From the IMG/VR virus record IMGVR_UViG_3300029915_000003: a stretch of DNA of 64,000 bases. One strand, written 5' to 3'. Position 1 is the stretch's first letter. Every line of letters starts with the position of its first letter. Below the pieces are notes generated by a model, which saw only the letters and a program-made list of their open reading frames with translations, was not told where the DNA came from and made no database searches. Origin of the DNA: a virus. Of the stretch, positions 40,051 through 50,655 are shown piece after piece. A program made the position numbers and the translations under genes.

Positions 40051-42993
40051 TTAGGTCCTTACGACTTCGCAAGCACCACCACCACATGCGACAGAGCCAG
40101 AGAAATCGGTATTGTTGTCCTCTTCTTTTACTTCTCTTAAATCTATTGACTTGACTAAAGAACTTAAAGTATTAAATGTATCTTCCGTGCAATCCTCAAA
40201 AGGCATTTGAACATAAGAAGAATTGTCGTAAGGAAGTAGGGAGATGCCAGCGTAATGATTACGATTATCCCACATATACTTACATACACCATCCCACTCT
40301 TCTTCCTTAACAGATACCGTACACGATACGTTGTGTTTATCAACTCCAGACACATGTCCTGCTGCCACCCAATACTTATTGTAAGCAATTGCTCGTTCCA
40401 GCAAATCCAGAGCAGACTCTTTCTCCCTTACAATAGCGTTACTTGGAGACATTTGAGGTATAGTAACTACGGTAGTATTTACCTCATTTTTTGCATCTTC
40501 ACAAAGATCAGGAATAACCATTTGTAAATATTTTGTTAGAGCGTCGTCCTTTACCATCCTGATCCTGCGTAGGTAATAGGGTGAGTGGCGTGCATGGATT
40601 CCACTAGAACTACCCACAACGCAAGAACTAGAACCCTCCGGCTTGATTGTGGTGGTCCTGGCGGCTGGACGTATACCAATAGCCTTGGCAATAGATTGAT
40701 TGGTCTCCAACACCAGCTTGGCTCCTTCTTCTAGCCATTCATTTGTTACTATTCCATTGGCATCAGCAACTCCTGTTAATGAAACACCAATTAAGGCTTC
40801 ATAATCTGTAATCTGCTTCCAAGCTTGACGTAGGTATGGGAAATCAGTATATGAAGCTTGCAATGTTCCAATAATAGAAGCTGCCTTAACCCTATTAAGA
40901 AAATCTTGTTTGGTTTTAATACCAGTTTGATTTACTGAGGTGAGATTGCAAAATTGACCCCCAAAGACTTGACCTACATCGGGTATATTCATTGAAGCAT
41001 TTAATGATATTTCATGGCACTGTCCAATATGAATACCTATGCCAATCGATAGTGAATGACTGCCATCTACAGTACAACAGTAAACTTTTTCATCCACACC
41101 ATCATCAACTATAGAGACTATTTGATTATATTTATTTTTCAATGAATAGGTCGTGGTTTTATTAGAAAAAGAAATAAGTCTCTCGAATTTAACCTGTTTG
41201 GCCAAACAAATAGAAGAACTTTGACTGATAGTTAAACGATAAGCGTCTTTAGAATCATACGCTCCATATCCATCGTTAAAGTCTACTTTACATGCTTTTT
41301 TGGTTAACTTCAACTTACTTCTAACACCAATAGTCTTAAGAAGTGTTTGAAAATCAGAAAGCCACTGCTTGTTTATTGAAGTGATTTGATACATAAATCC
41401 ATTACGAGTGTCACTTGAGGTTCCATCTGAATCCATGACTCCTGCGATAAAATCTAATTTAGACTGAAGATCCCAGACGAATACTTCTTTAGGTAGGGAG
41501 TGTTTGTATATAGTTGCCCAGTTTATAAGATCTTCTCGTCTTGGAGAAAGTCCCCTCATCCTCTTTCTGTTTTCACCAGAAGCAACAAAGTCTAAAGTGG
41601 AGACCTCATTATTTGTTTTGTCAGTATTGATGCAATCCAGCTCATTTGCTGATTTTAACAAGCGATCCTCACATGCATACTTGGTATCATAAAGGTACAA
41701 AAGTGGTATAATACCATTACTCGCAGATCCGTCTCCAACTAGGAAACCTTTTAAATAGGCGGCTCTGGTTTTAACATTTCCGTTATTTAAAATAACCGAT
41801 GGCCATAACTTATTGCCAACAACTAAATCTTTAGCCTCTAAACGATCGCCGTTTTCCAATATAAAAGAGTGATATGGAGTTGTACGAACAATTGAACCAT
41901 CTTGTAGTTCAATCTTCAACATCTTTTGGTTTTCTCCAGTTACGCGGAAGTTATCAACTGACTGCCATTCGAAACCATTCCAGATATCTACTGTTTTACC
42001 TACCAAATCCTCAACCGGAAATGTTCCCTGTTTGGTAACAATAAGAGTACCAGCACCAAAACATGGATTAAATCCAGTAACCAACGGATTACCAGACCAC
42101 GAGAATCCAGGTTCACCAGAACCTGATTTACGACAAATATCAAATATATGGTAAAACTCATCCTTGGTAACTTCACCTCTAGGAAGGACGGCGCTGTTAT
42201 TTGCACGGGCGCGATATGGGTGTTTCTCCCACCAGTTACCTGATTTAGACTTAAGCATCTCTTCATCGTCACGACTGAATAAACAAATTAACGCGGCGCG
42301 TCTAATTCCCCCAGCAAGAACACAATCAGATCCAATACAAATAATATCGTGTACCTCTATTGGTTTAAGTTTACGACCAACAGCCGCTTTGAGTCTTATT
42401 TCAATTTCCTTCAAGGCATGCTTGAGTGGCTCTGGACCAGGAGCCTTTGCACCCGTAGTGACAAGAGGACTACCTTTTGCGCGAATCATACTAAAATCAA
42501 ACTGAGGTTTTACTTTACGATAAAAGTAAGCATCCATCAAAGCATCAAGGGCCTGAGCCCATCCCTCTATTGAGTCGTGAACTGTAAAATATCCCTCATC
42601 CCGAGGAAGTTGGATTGTTGGTAGTTTAACTACATGTTCCTTTTGAACACTATATCCCACCCCAGTCCCAGAAAGCAGACAAAATAGAATTTCACCAAAA
42701 ACTCTAGTATCATCTATGGCGGTAAAAGCACAATTAAACAGACGGAGGTTGTTCTTAAGTACACCTTGTCCCCCAAACTGCATCCCTCTCATAGACGTTA
42801 AGCACTCTTTGTCCAAAACAAATTCGAAGGCATTCATTATCTTCTTTGATAGTTTTGGGAACCTGTCCAAATGCATAACCATTGAACGATTAACAGTTTC
42901 CTCCCAAGTCTCTCTACGGGAAAGATGAGATAAATGCTTGGCGTATGTACGAAATGATACTATCTGGGATAGAAGTGCAGATGAATTGTCCAT
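40051..42993 (-). CDS. nrdJ: class II (adenosylcobalamin-dependent, RTPR-type) ribonucleotide reductase containing an intein
   Basis: RTYA..RRETW, FNCAF, GGIRRAA, NP|C.EI, FCNLT, TTIKPEG, C-terminal ACGGGACE. Confidence 0.92.
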   Translation of the reverse strand: MDNSSALLSQIVSFRTYAKHLSHLSRRETWEETVNRSMVMHLDRFPKLSKKIMNAFEFVLDKECLTSMRGMQFGGQGVLKNNLRLFNCAFTAIDDTRVFGEILFCLLSGTGVGYSVQKEHVVKLPTIQLPRDEGYFTVHDSIEGWAQALDALMDAYFYRKVKPQFDFSMIRAKGSPLVTTGAKAPGPEPLKHALKEIEIRLKAAVGRKLKPIEVHDIICIGSDCVLAGGIRRAALICLFSRDDEEMLKSKSGNWWEKHPYRARANNSAVLPRGEVTKDEFYHIFDICRKSGSGEPGFSWSGNPLVTGFNPCFGAGTLIVTKQGTFPVEDLVGKTVDIWNGFEWQSVDNFRVTGENQKMLKIELQDGSIVRTTPYHSFILENGDRLEAKDLVVGNKLWPSVILNNGNVKTRAAYLKGFLVGDGSASNGIIPLLYLYDTKYACEDRLLKSANELDCINTDKTNNEVSTLDFVASGENRKRMRGLSPRREDLINWATIYKHSLPKEVFVWDLQSKLDFIAGVMDSDGTSSDTRNGFMYQITSINKQWLSDFQTLLKTIGVRSKLKLTKKACKVDFNDGYGAYDSKDAYRLTISQSSSICLAKQVKFERLISFSNKTTTYSLKNKYNQIVSIVDDGVDEKVYCCTVDGSHSLSIGIGIHIGQCHEISLNASMNIPDVGQVFGGQFCNLTSVNQTGIKTKQDFLNRVKAASIIGTLQASYTDFPYLRQAWKQITDYEALIGVSLTGVADANGIVTNEWLEEGAKLVLETNQSIAKAIGIRPAARTTTIKPEGSSSCVVGSSSGIHARHSPYYLRRIRMVKDDALTKYLQMVIPDLCEDAKNEVNTTVVTIPQMSPSNAIVREKESALDLLERAIAYNKYWVAAGHVSGVDKHNVSCTVSVKEEEWDGVCKYMWDNRNHYAGISLLPYDNSSYVQMPFEDCTEDTFNTLSSLVKSIDLREVKEEDNNTDFSGSVACGGGACEVVRT
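41020..42063 (-). mobile_element. intein (348 aa) with LAGLIDADG endonuclease and C-terminal Gln, in nrdJ
   Basis: NP|CFGAGT start, TTPYH block B, KGFLVGDG and IAGVMDSDG, KVYC block F, ends HIGQ|CHEI. Confidence 0.92.
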
Positions 42994-43007
42994 TTTTTCC
43001 TTGTAAT

Positions 43008-43083
43008 TGGCAGAGGGGGTTGGGATCGAACCAACTATTTACGCTTTTGGAGAGCGTCGTCTTACCGTTAAGACTTCCCCTCT
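43008..43083 (-). tRNA. tRNA-Trp (CCA)
   Basis: Cloverleaf: AGAGGGG/CCCCTCT acceptor, ACGCT-CT CCA AA-AGCGT anticodon arm, GTTGG-TTCGATC-CCAAC T arm, encoded 3' CCA. Confidence 0.93.
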
Positions 43084-43104
43084 ATTTGTGAGTGAGTTTA
43101 GATA

Positions 43105-43133
43105 ACATTATCACTTCGAAGAGAGTCAGTCAA
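43105..43133 (-). promoter_or_regulatory. sigma70-type promoter for tRNA-Trp/nrdJ
   Basis: TTGACT-17-TAATGT. Confidence 0.55.
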
Positions 43134-43137
43134 GCCA

Positions 43138-43758
43138 TTATTTTCCTTGATTTATTTTAGCACCTTTTAGATAAGAAAGGGCTTGAAGGATCGCATCTGC
43201 TTCGTCATCCTGAGTACGACCCAAAGTTACACCAAATATCTTAAAAACTAAATCGACAGCAAGATGTTTCTTTGTAATCTTACCAGTAATACCTAGTTTC
43301 TTTTTATCTAAAGGCTTCCCATCTCTTTTTGCTTGGGATTTAGCCCTGGAAAGAGTTTGGTTTTGCTTACGTTGCTCTTTCGTTAGGGAAAGTCCGACCA
43401 CTTTACGCCATTCGCTTGTGTCAATATATTGGACTTTATCTATAATATCCACATCCCAAAGAGCGTACAACACAGAGTAATGGATGAAAGCGAGCAAAGT
43501 CTGAGAGTGTCTGTTCATCCCTCGGTTTAATTGCTCGATTACTATAATATCTGGATTACAGTCCGTAACTTTATCAAATATATCTGTAGCTAAATCAAAT
43601 ACCCTCACGATGTTGTTTTTAGGATATTTTAATGTTTTATCTAGTTCCGGGGCTTCTATACGACCATAATCAAGCAACTTAGGCCCTACTGGAGTATCTT
43701 CCAGTAAGGCCCAACCTGCGCTAAGTGACAAATCTAAAGAAAGTACCTTAGTCCCCAT
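43138..43758 (-). CDS. RuvC-like Holliday junction resolvase
   Basis: VLSLDLS..GWA, IIVIEQ, EWRK, DDEADAI. Confidence 0.85.
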   Translation of the reverse strand: MGTKVLSLDLSLSAGWALLEDTPVGPKLLDYGRIEAPELDKTLKYPKNNIVRVFDLATDIFDKVTDCNPDIIVIEQLNRGMNRHSQTLLAFIHYSVLYALWDVDIIDKVQYIDTSEWRKVVGLSLTKEQRKQNQTLSRAKSQAKRDGKPLDKKKLGITGKITKKHLAVDLVFKIFGVTLGRTQDDEADAILQALSYLKGAKINQGK

Positions 43759-43760
43759 TT

Positions 43761-44174
43761 TTATCCGAATTTAGATTCTACTATATAATTAATTTTTTCC
43801 TTTATTTCTTTAATGGAATCGGTATAGGGACCTTTTAGATTTGAAAGGTCGGCTTCTGCATCGGCAAGAGCAACGTCGTTTGACATGGCATCTTGGTTGC
43901 TCCATTCCTCGCCTAGAATCTCCATCAGTTTGTCGGCCTTATTGTCATTACGAGCCTTCTGAGCAGCTAGTTTGTTTTGTTTGGTGACAAGCTTGTAAGG
44001 TCCAAATAGACGTTCTACCTCTAGACTGGCAGCTTGTAGTTCACAATCATTACGCATAGCGTCATGAACGCTGTTTAGTTCGATATAGAGACTAATGAGT
44101 TTCTTTTGCTTTTCAGCATCAGGCATTGAGTCTATGATTGTTTGAAACTCTTGGGATAGTTCAACTTTGGCCAT
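43761..44174 (-). CDS. helical hypothetical protein with internal duplication
   Basis: Two copies of DAMxNDxxL...LxGPY. Confidence 0.6.
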   Translation of the reverse strand: MAKVELSQEFQTIIDSMPDAEKQKKLISLYIELNSVHDAMRNDCELQAASLEVERLFGPYKLVTKQNKLAAQKARNDNKADKLMEILGEEWSNQDAMSNDVALADAEADLSNLKGPYTDSIKEIKEKINYIVESKFG

Positions 44175-44186
44175 TTTTAATACCTT

Positions 44187-44735
44187 TTAATTAAGGGTTA
44201 CTTTTGAATCGTGGACGTTTTGGAAAAGTACTTCTAATTCTTTGATTTTACCATTAGTAAAAGCACACTTGGTGATACACAGCTTATGAGGGATGGTGTC
44301 ATCTAAAGATGGGTCTTTTTCGGACTCTAGTTCAGATATTGATTTTAGCAATTTGTCCTTCAAAACAGACAGATTTGTAATCTTGTCTTGACAAATGGTG
44401 TAATCAATAGCCTCTAGCTTTATCTCGTTACTAATGATCTTGTCCGAAACATAGTCACGAGCTGACTTGGCGTCTTGTTCTGTTTCAAACACCCTCATTA
44501 TACAAATATTCAAATAAGAACCATCTGGTTTTTCTAAAGGAAGAAGCTCCACCATAGGTAGTTCGGAATAGCCCTTTTCGGGCTCATCTCCCTCCTTGTA
44601 AACTAAACCGACATACCAAAAATCATCTGGATGGCCAATTACTAGATTTTCATTATCCAATTTTACTTTTCCCACTTTCGTTATATACGGTAATTGTTTG
44701 GTTGAAACGATCTTGATATTCTGAATCGTGCTCAA
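44187..44735 (-). CDS. hypothetical protein
   Basis: 182-aa ORF overlapping the sbcC 3' end; start uncertain. Confidence 0.55.
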   Translation of the reverse strand: MSTIQNIKIVSTKQLPYITKVGKVKLDNENLVIGHPDDFWYVGLVYKEGDEPEKGYSELPMVELLPLEKPDGSYLNICIMRVFETEQDAKSARDYVSDKIISNEIKLEAIDYTICQDKITNLSVLKDKLLKSISELESEKDPSLDDTIPHKLCITKCAFTNGKIKELEVLFQNVHDSKVTLN

Positions 44736-46767
44736 TCAGTAAAAGCAACGTATCATGCGCAACAGTGACTGTCAAGAGTTCAATCAGAGCATCTTTTTCG
44801 GCCCTTCCTAGGCCAGTAAACACCTCATCCAGAACGATCCAGTTGAATTTGATGCCAACCCTTCGAGCGATTACCTCCCTAACGGCTAGGTCTGAAACCA
44901 ACTCTATTACAGATGATTGACCTCCAGAAAGTTCATTAAATGGTATTTTAACGCCTTGTAGGTCTACGATAGGGGTGATGGTCTTGCGTACTTTTCCTGT
45001 TTTGGCCACCTTATCCCCAAAACTGAAGTTTATATTAGATGTGTTTGGAACTTTTCCCAATAGGTTGTTGATTTCCATGGAGATTTCTTCTAATATTTGC
45101 TCAAAATAATAAGCAGGGAAACCATCCTTATGAACTATGGATAAAACGTCCTTTTCTATCTTGAGTATATTCTCTAATTGGTATTTTTCGTGGATTACGG
45201 ATTGTATTTTGGCTTCCAATTCATTTACTGTAGCTAGTACACCTTGGATACGAGCCTTTTCTTTATCCAAAGAAAGGTTTTCGTATTGAAGGGTCCGCAA
45301 AAGCGACTCTTGTACCTTATATTGTTCTAATATACCATTTAATTGAACACCAAGAACCTTAGTTTCCTTGTCTTTTTGGACGGTAATCTCTTTTTGTTCA
45401 GCTAGGTATTTTTCTTGAGCCAAGATAATATCATCATCAAACTTTTTAATTATGTTCTGTTTAATGATTTCAAATAAACTTCTATTCTCATTACGAGAAA
45501 TCGTCCATTCATCTGTTTTCTTGGTAAGATCTAGTAATTCTTGTTCTAATTGGTATTTAGAGGGAGATAAATGTTCTAGTTGGTGTTTTTTTAACCTATT
45601 TAAATCATCTAATTGGGTATTTAATTTGTTTTTAAGATTATTTTGATTTAACTTTAGGTTTTCTATTTTTATATTAATTGATTGTTTTTGTAAATCTGTA
45701 ATGGGTTGTCCGCAGGCACCACAATTAACATCTGACTCCAGGTCTATAATTGTTAATTCTATATTTTTAATGTCTTTTTTGGTAGAATCAATCTCGTAGG
45801 AAATCTTATTTATCATCAAATTAGAATTTTCAATAGACTTGGATGTCTTTTGAATCTCATCATTAATAGTCTTACTGTTAAAATCTATATTTTTGTATTG
45901 TACATCTAATTCATCTAGTTTTTGTTGTAAATTAATTAATTCAATAGATTCTTCTAATTGTTTCTTCTTGTTTTCAGATGAATTTTTGATAATCTCTCTG
46001 GATATATTGGCCACCTGAGACGCACGGTGGGTGTACATCTCGTCCACATCCCTCATTTTAGCTAAAAACAAATCTTTCTCTATATTTAACATGTCTATTT
46101 GAGATACCAGCGTTGACATGTTATGTTCATTTTCTTCTATCTTTGAGTCTATATCCAGTATAGTCTTAGGATCTAGATTGTTAACCTTACGCAACATGTC
46201 AATTTGACCATTAAGATTATTAATCTGATTTTCTTTAACAAGTATTTGATTCTCTAACGATTTAATCGTATTAGAAGAAGTATCTGAGGCAGTATCAAAA
46301 CTATTAATACCTAAAATCTCTGAAAGGAAGGTCTTTTTCTCTTCATCAGACAAACTCAAAAACATACCATTGGTACGTTGTGTACGGTAGGTAAGGTATT
46401 TAATGAGATTAGTGTTTATACCAAAGATTTGGGATAGCTTATCCTTCTTTTGAGCTACAGTACCATGAACGGTACCCTCAAAAAACAATTCGGGGGTAGA
46501 GCCCCTGGTAGAAACAAGGGGAGAACCGTTCAATTCTAATTCTACGGAGCTATACCAAACGTCTGGGTCTATGTTGGATTTAAGGACTGTAGCCGATTTA
46601 GAACAATAATCCAACGAAAAAGCAAGTCCGTGGGTTAGATTGGACTTACCTACACCCGAAGAACCCTTAATATGAAGAATGCCATTTTCTGGAAACTTTA
46701 TGGTGGTCTTGTCGTAAAATGACCTAAAACCATACATTTCCAGTGATTTTAGTTTGGCTAGTTTCAT
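44653..46767 (-). CDS. SbcC/Rad50/gp46-like recombination ATPase
   Basis: GFRSF, GSSGVGKS, CGAC zinc hook in coiled coil, LSGGQ signature, IVLDE, IEH. Confidence 0.92.
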   Translation of the reverse strand: MKLAKLKSLEMYGFRSFYDKTTIKFPENGILHIKGSSGVGKSNLTHGLAFSLDYCSKSATVLKSNIDPDVWYSSVELELNGSPLVSTRGSTPELFFEGTVHGTVAQKKDKLSQIFGINTNLIKYLTYRTQRTNGMFLSLSDEEKKTFLSEILGINSFDTASDTSSNTIKSLENQILVKENQINNLNGQIDMLRKVNNLDPKTILDIDSKIEENEHNMSTLVSQIDMLNIEKDLFLAKMRDVDEMYTHRASQVANISREIIKNSSENKKKQLEESIELINLQQKLDELDVQYKNIDFNSKTINDEIQKTSKSIENSNLMINKISYEIDSTKKDIKNIELTIIDLESDVNCGACGQPITDLQKQSINIKIENLKLNQNNLKNKLNTQLDDLNRLKKHQLEHLSPSKYQLEQELLDLTKKTDEWTISRNENRSLFEIIKQNIIKKFDDDIILAQEKYLAEQKEITVQKDKETKVLGVQLNGILEQYKVQESLLRTLQYENLSLDKEKARIQGVLATVNELEAKIQSVIHEKYQLENILKIEKDVLSIVHKDGFPAYYFEQILEEISMEINNLLGKVPNTSNINFSFGDKVAKTGKVRKTITPIVDLQGVKIPFNELSGGQSSVIELVSDLAVREVIARRVGIKFNWIVLDEVFTGLGRAEKDALIELLTVTVAHDTLLLLIEHDSEYQDRFNQTITVYNESGKSKIG

Positions 46768-47037
46768 TTACTCTTTAACCCCAGATCTATAGAAATCAGC
46801 ATTTTCTATAGCGTCCTGCCTTGAACGCTCTTTTACTATTTCCTCAGCATCAACTAGACGCTCTATAGACCTTACCATTAAACCGTTATCTAATACCTCT
46901 TTAGTAGAAGTAGTCAAGGGCTTGGGATCCCTTAATAGCAACTCACCGCAAAGTTTGCACAATACGGGGATTTCTTGAGGCAGTAAACGCCTGGAACTCT
47001 TTTGGCATTTAACGCACTGAAAATGATAAATAGGCAT
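46768..47037 (-). CDS. FmdB-family zinc ribbon protein
   Basis: MPIYHFQCVKC...CKLCG. Confidence 0.75.
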   Translation of the reverse strand: MPIYHFQCVKCQKSSRRLLPQEIPVLCKLCGELLLRDPKPLTTSTKEVLDNGLMVRSIERLVDAEEIVKERSRQDAIENADFYRSGVKE

Positions 47038-48837
47038 TTAATCTTCTAAGGAAGTATTAGAAGACCGCTCGAACGACAAAGCTTCCCTAGCCTCTTGGCG
47101 CTCTAGTTCTGCATCCCGATGATAAACTACACATCCCCCTAGGGTGCCTAACTGGCTGGCAATTGATAAACTATTACGAACAGCCTCAAGCACAGCGGGA
47201 GTTGAATCAAGAAGACCAGCATCCTTAGCGTTTACCCATTCGTTAGCCATGCAATCATAAATACTGGCTGTTTTGCTTGTCTGATTGGAAGCATTACCAG
47301 TAAGAGTACGAATGTTAGCATCTACCTCTTCGTTATTTAGACCAATATTTGAATAAAGCCTACGAATAGGTTCTAGAAGGCTGGGAACCAGGATTTTATT
47401 AACTATATCCTTGTCTTGGTCATTTAGGTCTTTGATTTTAGGTAACTCAGTAGTGATTTTAGCTAAGGTCCAACCACCCGCAGGAAGGCAACCATGAGAA
47501 AGAGCGCCCTGTACGGCCCTTACCGCATCTTCAGCCCTATCCTTCTTTTCACGGATCTCTCCACTAGAAGAACCGGACACAATTAGACGAGCTATACCCC
47601 CTGTTATCTTGCCAATACGCTCCTCTATGATTGATTTGTCTAATTGAGACGAGGCTGACTTTGCTTGGGTTTTTAGTACATCCACCCTAGCTAAAACTAG
47701 CTCCTCATCACACTTACCAATAATAGTAGACTTGTTGCGATACATTTCAAACATAGAAACGTCGCCTCCACCAAAGATACATTCATCGAATTCTTCTATT
47801 TCTTGTTCTGGAAGCAATCCAGGTAGTGGTTCAGAAATAGGATTAAATACAACCGCTCCGGTAATTGCAGATAGGTCTTCCAGGAAATCTAATTGACCAT
47901 TAGGCATTTGGCTTAGGGGAGCCACAACCGGTACGATCTTAAGACCGTTAGGAGCCTTGAAATTGGTAGCTAGGTTAGCTATTACGTTTTCAGAAAAACC
48001 AGTGGCAACCATCACTACGTTTGGTGATTTATTGTGTATTTGCCATTTATGTTCAAGTATTTGAGCCAGACCAACAATTGACTGGATATCGTTAATTACA
48101 CCAAAATACAGTACGAAAAAGGGACGTTCTAGCAAAACACGTTGATTTGTAGAGTCGTTTATGTATTCATGATAGAATTTACCCATTGTATCCTCATAGC
48201 CACGAGGAATGGGAAATCCTTCTATTTTTTCTACTTTATACTCTGATTCACCGGAGATCTCAGAAATGGTCACATTACCATCGTCTCCTACAAGCTCGAA
48301 ACACTTAATAACAGCATCGGCTAATTCTGAATCACCGTTAGCAGAAACCTTAGCAATGGAGTATTGGGTATCCTTGGCTACCTTGAAGGCTTGTTTCCTG
48401 ACCAATGGTTCGATAGAGGTCTTAAATAGCCTCTCTAGGGTCCTAACAGCCTTCTGGGGACTGACCTTTGGGTTTTTGATACAGAACTCTTGTACGTTAC
48501 GAACGATGCTCTCAGAGAGGATGGCGCAGGTAGTTGTACCATCACCAGCGTCATGCGCGGTTTTGGCAGCACCATCTCTAGCCGCTTCCATAATAGCATG
48601 CTGGGTGGGATTTGAGAATCCAAGGCTTTTAAAGACAGTAACACCGTCTTTTGTTATAATGTTGGGCATGCCAATTTCTTGACGCTCAATAATTACGACC
48701 TTACCGCCAGGACCAAGGGTTGAACCTACTATTTCAGAAATAGTAGCCATGGTATTTAATACCATTTGGTTCAAACCGTTGCGTACAGTTGTAACAGACT
48801 TAGGGGGAGACTTTACTTTAGAATATTGGGTAGCCAT
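47038..48837 (-). CDS. groEL: chaperonin GroEL-like
   Basis: TLGPGG, ITKDGVTV, AGDGTTT, SANGD, EKKDRAEDA, AGG. Confidence 0.95.
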   Translation of the reverse strand: MATQYSKVKSPPKSVTTVRNGLNQMVLNTMATISEIVGSTLGPGGKVVIIERQEIGMPNIITKDGVTVFKSLGFSNPTQHAIMEAARDGAAKTAHDAGDGTTTCAILSESIVRNVQEFCIKNPKVSPQKAVRTLERLFKTSIEPLVRKQAFKVAKDTQYSIAKVSANGDSELADAVIKCFELVGDDGNVTISEISGESEYKVEKIEGFPIPRGYEDTMGKFYHEYINDSTNQRVLLERPFFVLYFGVINDIQSIVGLAQILEHKWQIHNKSPNVVMVATGFSENVIANLATNFKAPNGLKIVPVVAPLSQMPNGQLDFLEDLSAITGAVVFNPISEPLPGLLPEQEIEEFDECIFGGGDVSMFEMYRNKSTIIGKCDEELVLARVDVLKTQAKSASSQLDKSIIEERIGKITGGIARLIVSGSSSGEIREKKDRAEDAVRAVQGALSHGCLPAGGWTLAKITTELPKIKDLNDQDKDIVNKILVPSLLEPIRRLYSNIGLNNEEVDANIRTLTGNASNQTSKTASIYDCMANEWVNAKDAGLLDSTPAVLEAVRNSLSIASQLGTLGGCVVYHRDAELERQEAREALSFERSSNTSLED

Positions 48838-48848
48838 TATTAAAAGGA

Positions 48849-48877
48849 ATTATAATACTAAAATACTACAATGTCAA
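48849..48877 (-). promoter_or_regulatory. consensus sigma70 promoter of groEL
   Basis: TTGACA-17-TATAAT, 11 nt before the ATG, no SD. Confidence 0.8.
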
Positions 48878-48893
48878 CATTAAAATACTACCG

Positions 48894-49079
48894 CTACCGC
48901 TTACCACTGAAGCGTTTTATTCTATTAATTAATGTTAGCAAATCTCCAGGGTATCTGTAATCACCATAATCAAAAGCTAAAAAGTTATACTCATAGTTAA
49001 CTTCATATAAATAATCGTGAATATCTTTGGCTTCTTTTGGAGTTCTGGTTAAATAAGGTTCTTTTGGTTTAATTGGCAT
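48894..49079 (-). CDS. hypothetical protein
   Basis: 61 aa; abuts the upstream stop. Confidence 0.5.
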   Translation of the reverse strand: MPIKPKEPYLTRTPKEAKDIHDYLYEVNYEYNFLAFDYGDYRYPGDLLTLINRIKRFSGKR

Positions 49080-50015
49080 TTAAAAAATATCCTTACTGAA
49101 TCCTACCTTGGAATCGGTTGATTCTGACTTTGGTTTGTTCTTCAATGCTTTTATACGGGCTGCTACTTCGTGGAGTTCCCCACCCATACATTTAACAGAA
49201 ACTACCAATTCCTTAATATGACCAAGACTAAAACCTTTAGTTAAACCAAGCCACTCTTGGTATTGTTCTTCTGTTAATTCATCTGTTAGCTTATACTTTA
49301 GGTATTGTAACTTTACATCATCATCTGGCAAGCCAAACTCAAGTCTCCTATCGAAACGGGAGGGACGGTCGGTGAGTCTACCATCTAACTTTTCTGGGTA
49401 ATTTGTGGTAGCTATATTGACGGTATTGGCAACAGAAAATTGACCATCCAAAATAGCCAAAAGGTCTGCTTCGTTACCCTTTTCAATCATTGCGTCTATA
49501 TCTTCCAAAAGCACCAATAAGGGGGTATCTTTGTTAACCTTACGTATATCCTGTAGGGCGTTTTTAAGATACCAAGCGTTATCAGCCATGAGAACGATTC
49601 CTCCGTTGCGGAAGAACTCTCTGGCTATTAAAGCAGTTATACTACTTTTACCACAACCAGGGGGACCATGTAAAAGATACCCACGTTTATGACTAAATCC
49701 ATATTTAAGGTAAACTTCTTTTTTGGTGAAAAACTCCTGTATTTCTTGTAATATAATATTTACAGGTCCCTTTTCGGATACTATTAAATCATCCGTAGAA
49801 ATCTTTATACTACGTAAGGAAACATTTGATAACCCATCTCCATCTACCGCTACGTAGTAACCAGGAGGAAGGGTTTCTTGTATACCCAAGGTACTACCCA
49901 TCTCCATCCATTTTTCCAATGGACGCATTTTGGATTTATCCGGAACGGTTGACACCGATATGGTATCGTTGCCAAGGTAAATATACTTCGGTTCTTTTTT
50001 AGGGTTATCAGTCAT
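49080..50015 (-). CDS. AAA+ ATPase (classic AAA clade, single domain)
   Basis: LLHGPPGCGKS, LLEDID, TTNY, RPSRFDR. Confidence 0.9.
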   Translation of the reverse strand: MTDNPKKEPKYIYLGNDTISVSTVPDKSKMRPLEKWMEMGSTLGIQETLPPGYYVAVDGDGLSNVSLRSIKISTDDLIVSEKGPVNIILQEIQEFFTKKEVYLKYGFSHKRGYLLHGPPGCGKSSITALIAREFFRNGGIVLMADNAWYLKNALQDIRKVNKDTPLLVLLEDIDAMIEKGNEADLLAILDGQFSVANTVNIATTNYPEKLDGRLTDRPSRFDRRLEFGLPDDDVKLQYLKYKLTDELTEEQYQEWLGLTKGFSLGHIKELVVSVKCMGGELHEVAARIKALKNKPKSESTDSKVGFSKDIF

Positions 50016-50034
50016 TTTTTACCTATTTTAAATT

Positions 50035-50110
50035 TGGCTGTGGAGGATGGGGTTGAACCATCGACATTCGGATTAACAGTCCGACGCTCTGCCAACTGAG
50101 CTACTCCACA
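50035..50110 (-). tRNA. tRNA-Asn (GTT)
   Basis: TGTGGAG/CTCCACA acceptor, GCTC/GAGC D arm, TCGGA-CT GTT AA-TCCGA anticodon arm, encoded 3' CCA. Confidence 0.94.
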
Positions 50111-50154
50111 TTTTCTATAAAGAACCTTAACATAGGTATCCTTGCGTTGTCAAT

Positions 50155-50655
50155 CATTAAAAGTTACTTTACATTACAACCGTTACGTATTTAGCTTTAT
50201 CTCCCTTTCTTTACGTTAAGCAAATTCTATTGGGTTCCTTAGCAAGATAGGGTTTCTACGTTTACCGGTGTTTGGGTATTTACAGAGTTTAGGGCAGCTT
50301 ATTCAGCTTTAATTGGCATTTACGGGGATTTACTGTTGTCTAATAGTATAGACATAGCTATTCATTGATTTATCTTATTTGCTTTGGGTTGATAATTTTA
50401 TTAGGTAAGGTTTCTTTAGAATCTATTTAGTTTAATTATCTTCTAAAGGGATCTATTTAGAACCAGGGGTTGCTTTTCTTATCTAATTAAGGTAAGGTTG
50501 TTTTTAACTTTTTCGAAGGTAACCGTTACGTTTGTTACCAAAGATGGAGAAGCCCTATTATACTGGTTTCAAAAAACGTGTCAAGACAATTCTTTAGTAA
50601 CGGTACTTTTTGTTGTAAGTGCCCAAGGTTCCTACCGAAAAGTTACTTTTCTTCT
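50155..50655. other. non-coding strand-switch region with short repeats; candidate replication origin
   Basis: No ORF; strong T skew on the + strand; repeated AACCGTTACGT, AAAAGTTACTTT, ATCTATTTAG, AGGTAAGGTT; divergent promoters. Confidence 0.5.
50557..50584 (-). promoter_or_regulatory. consensus sigma70 promoter firing into the non-coding region
   Basis: TTGACA-16-TATAAT on the minus strand. Confidence 0.7.
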
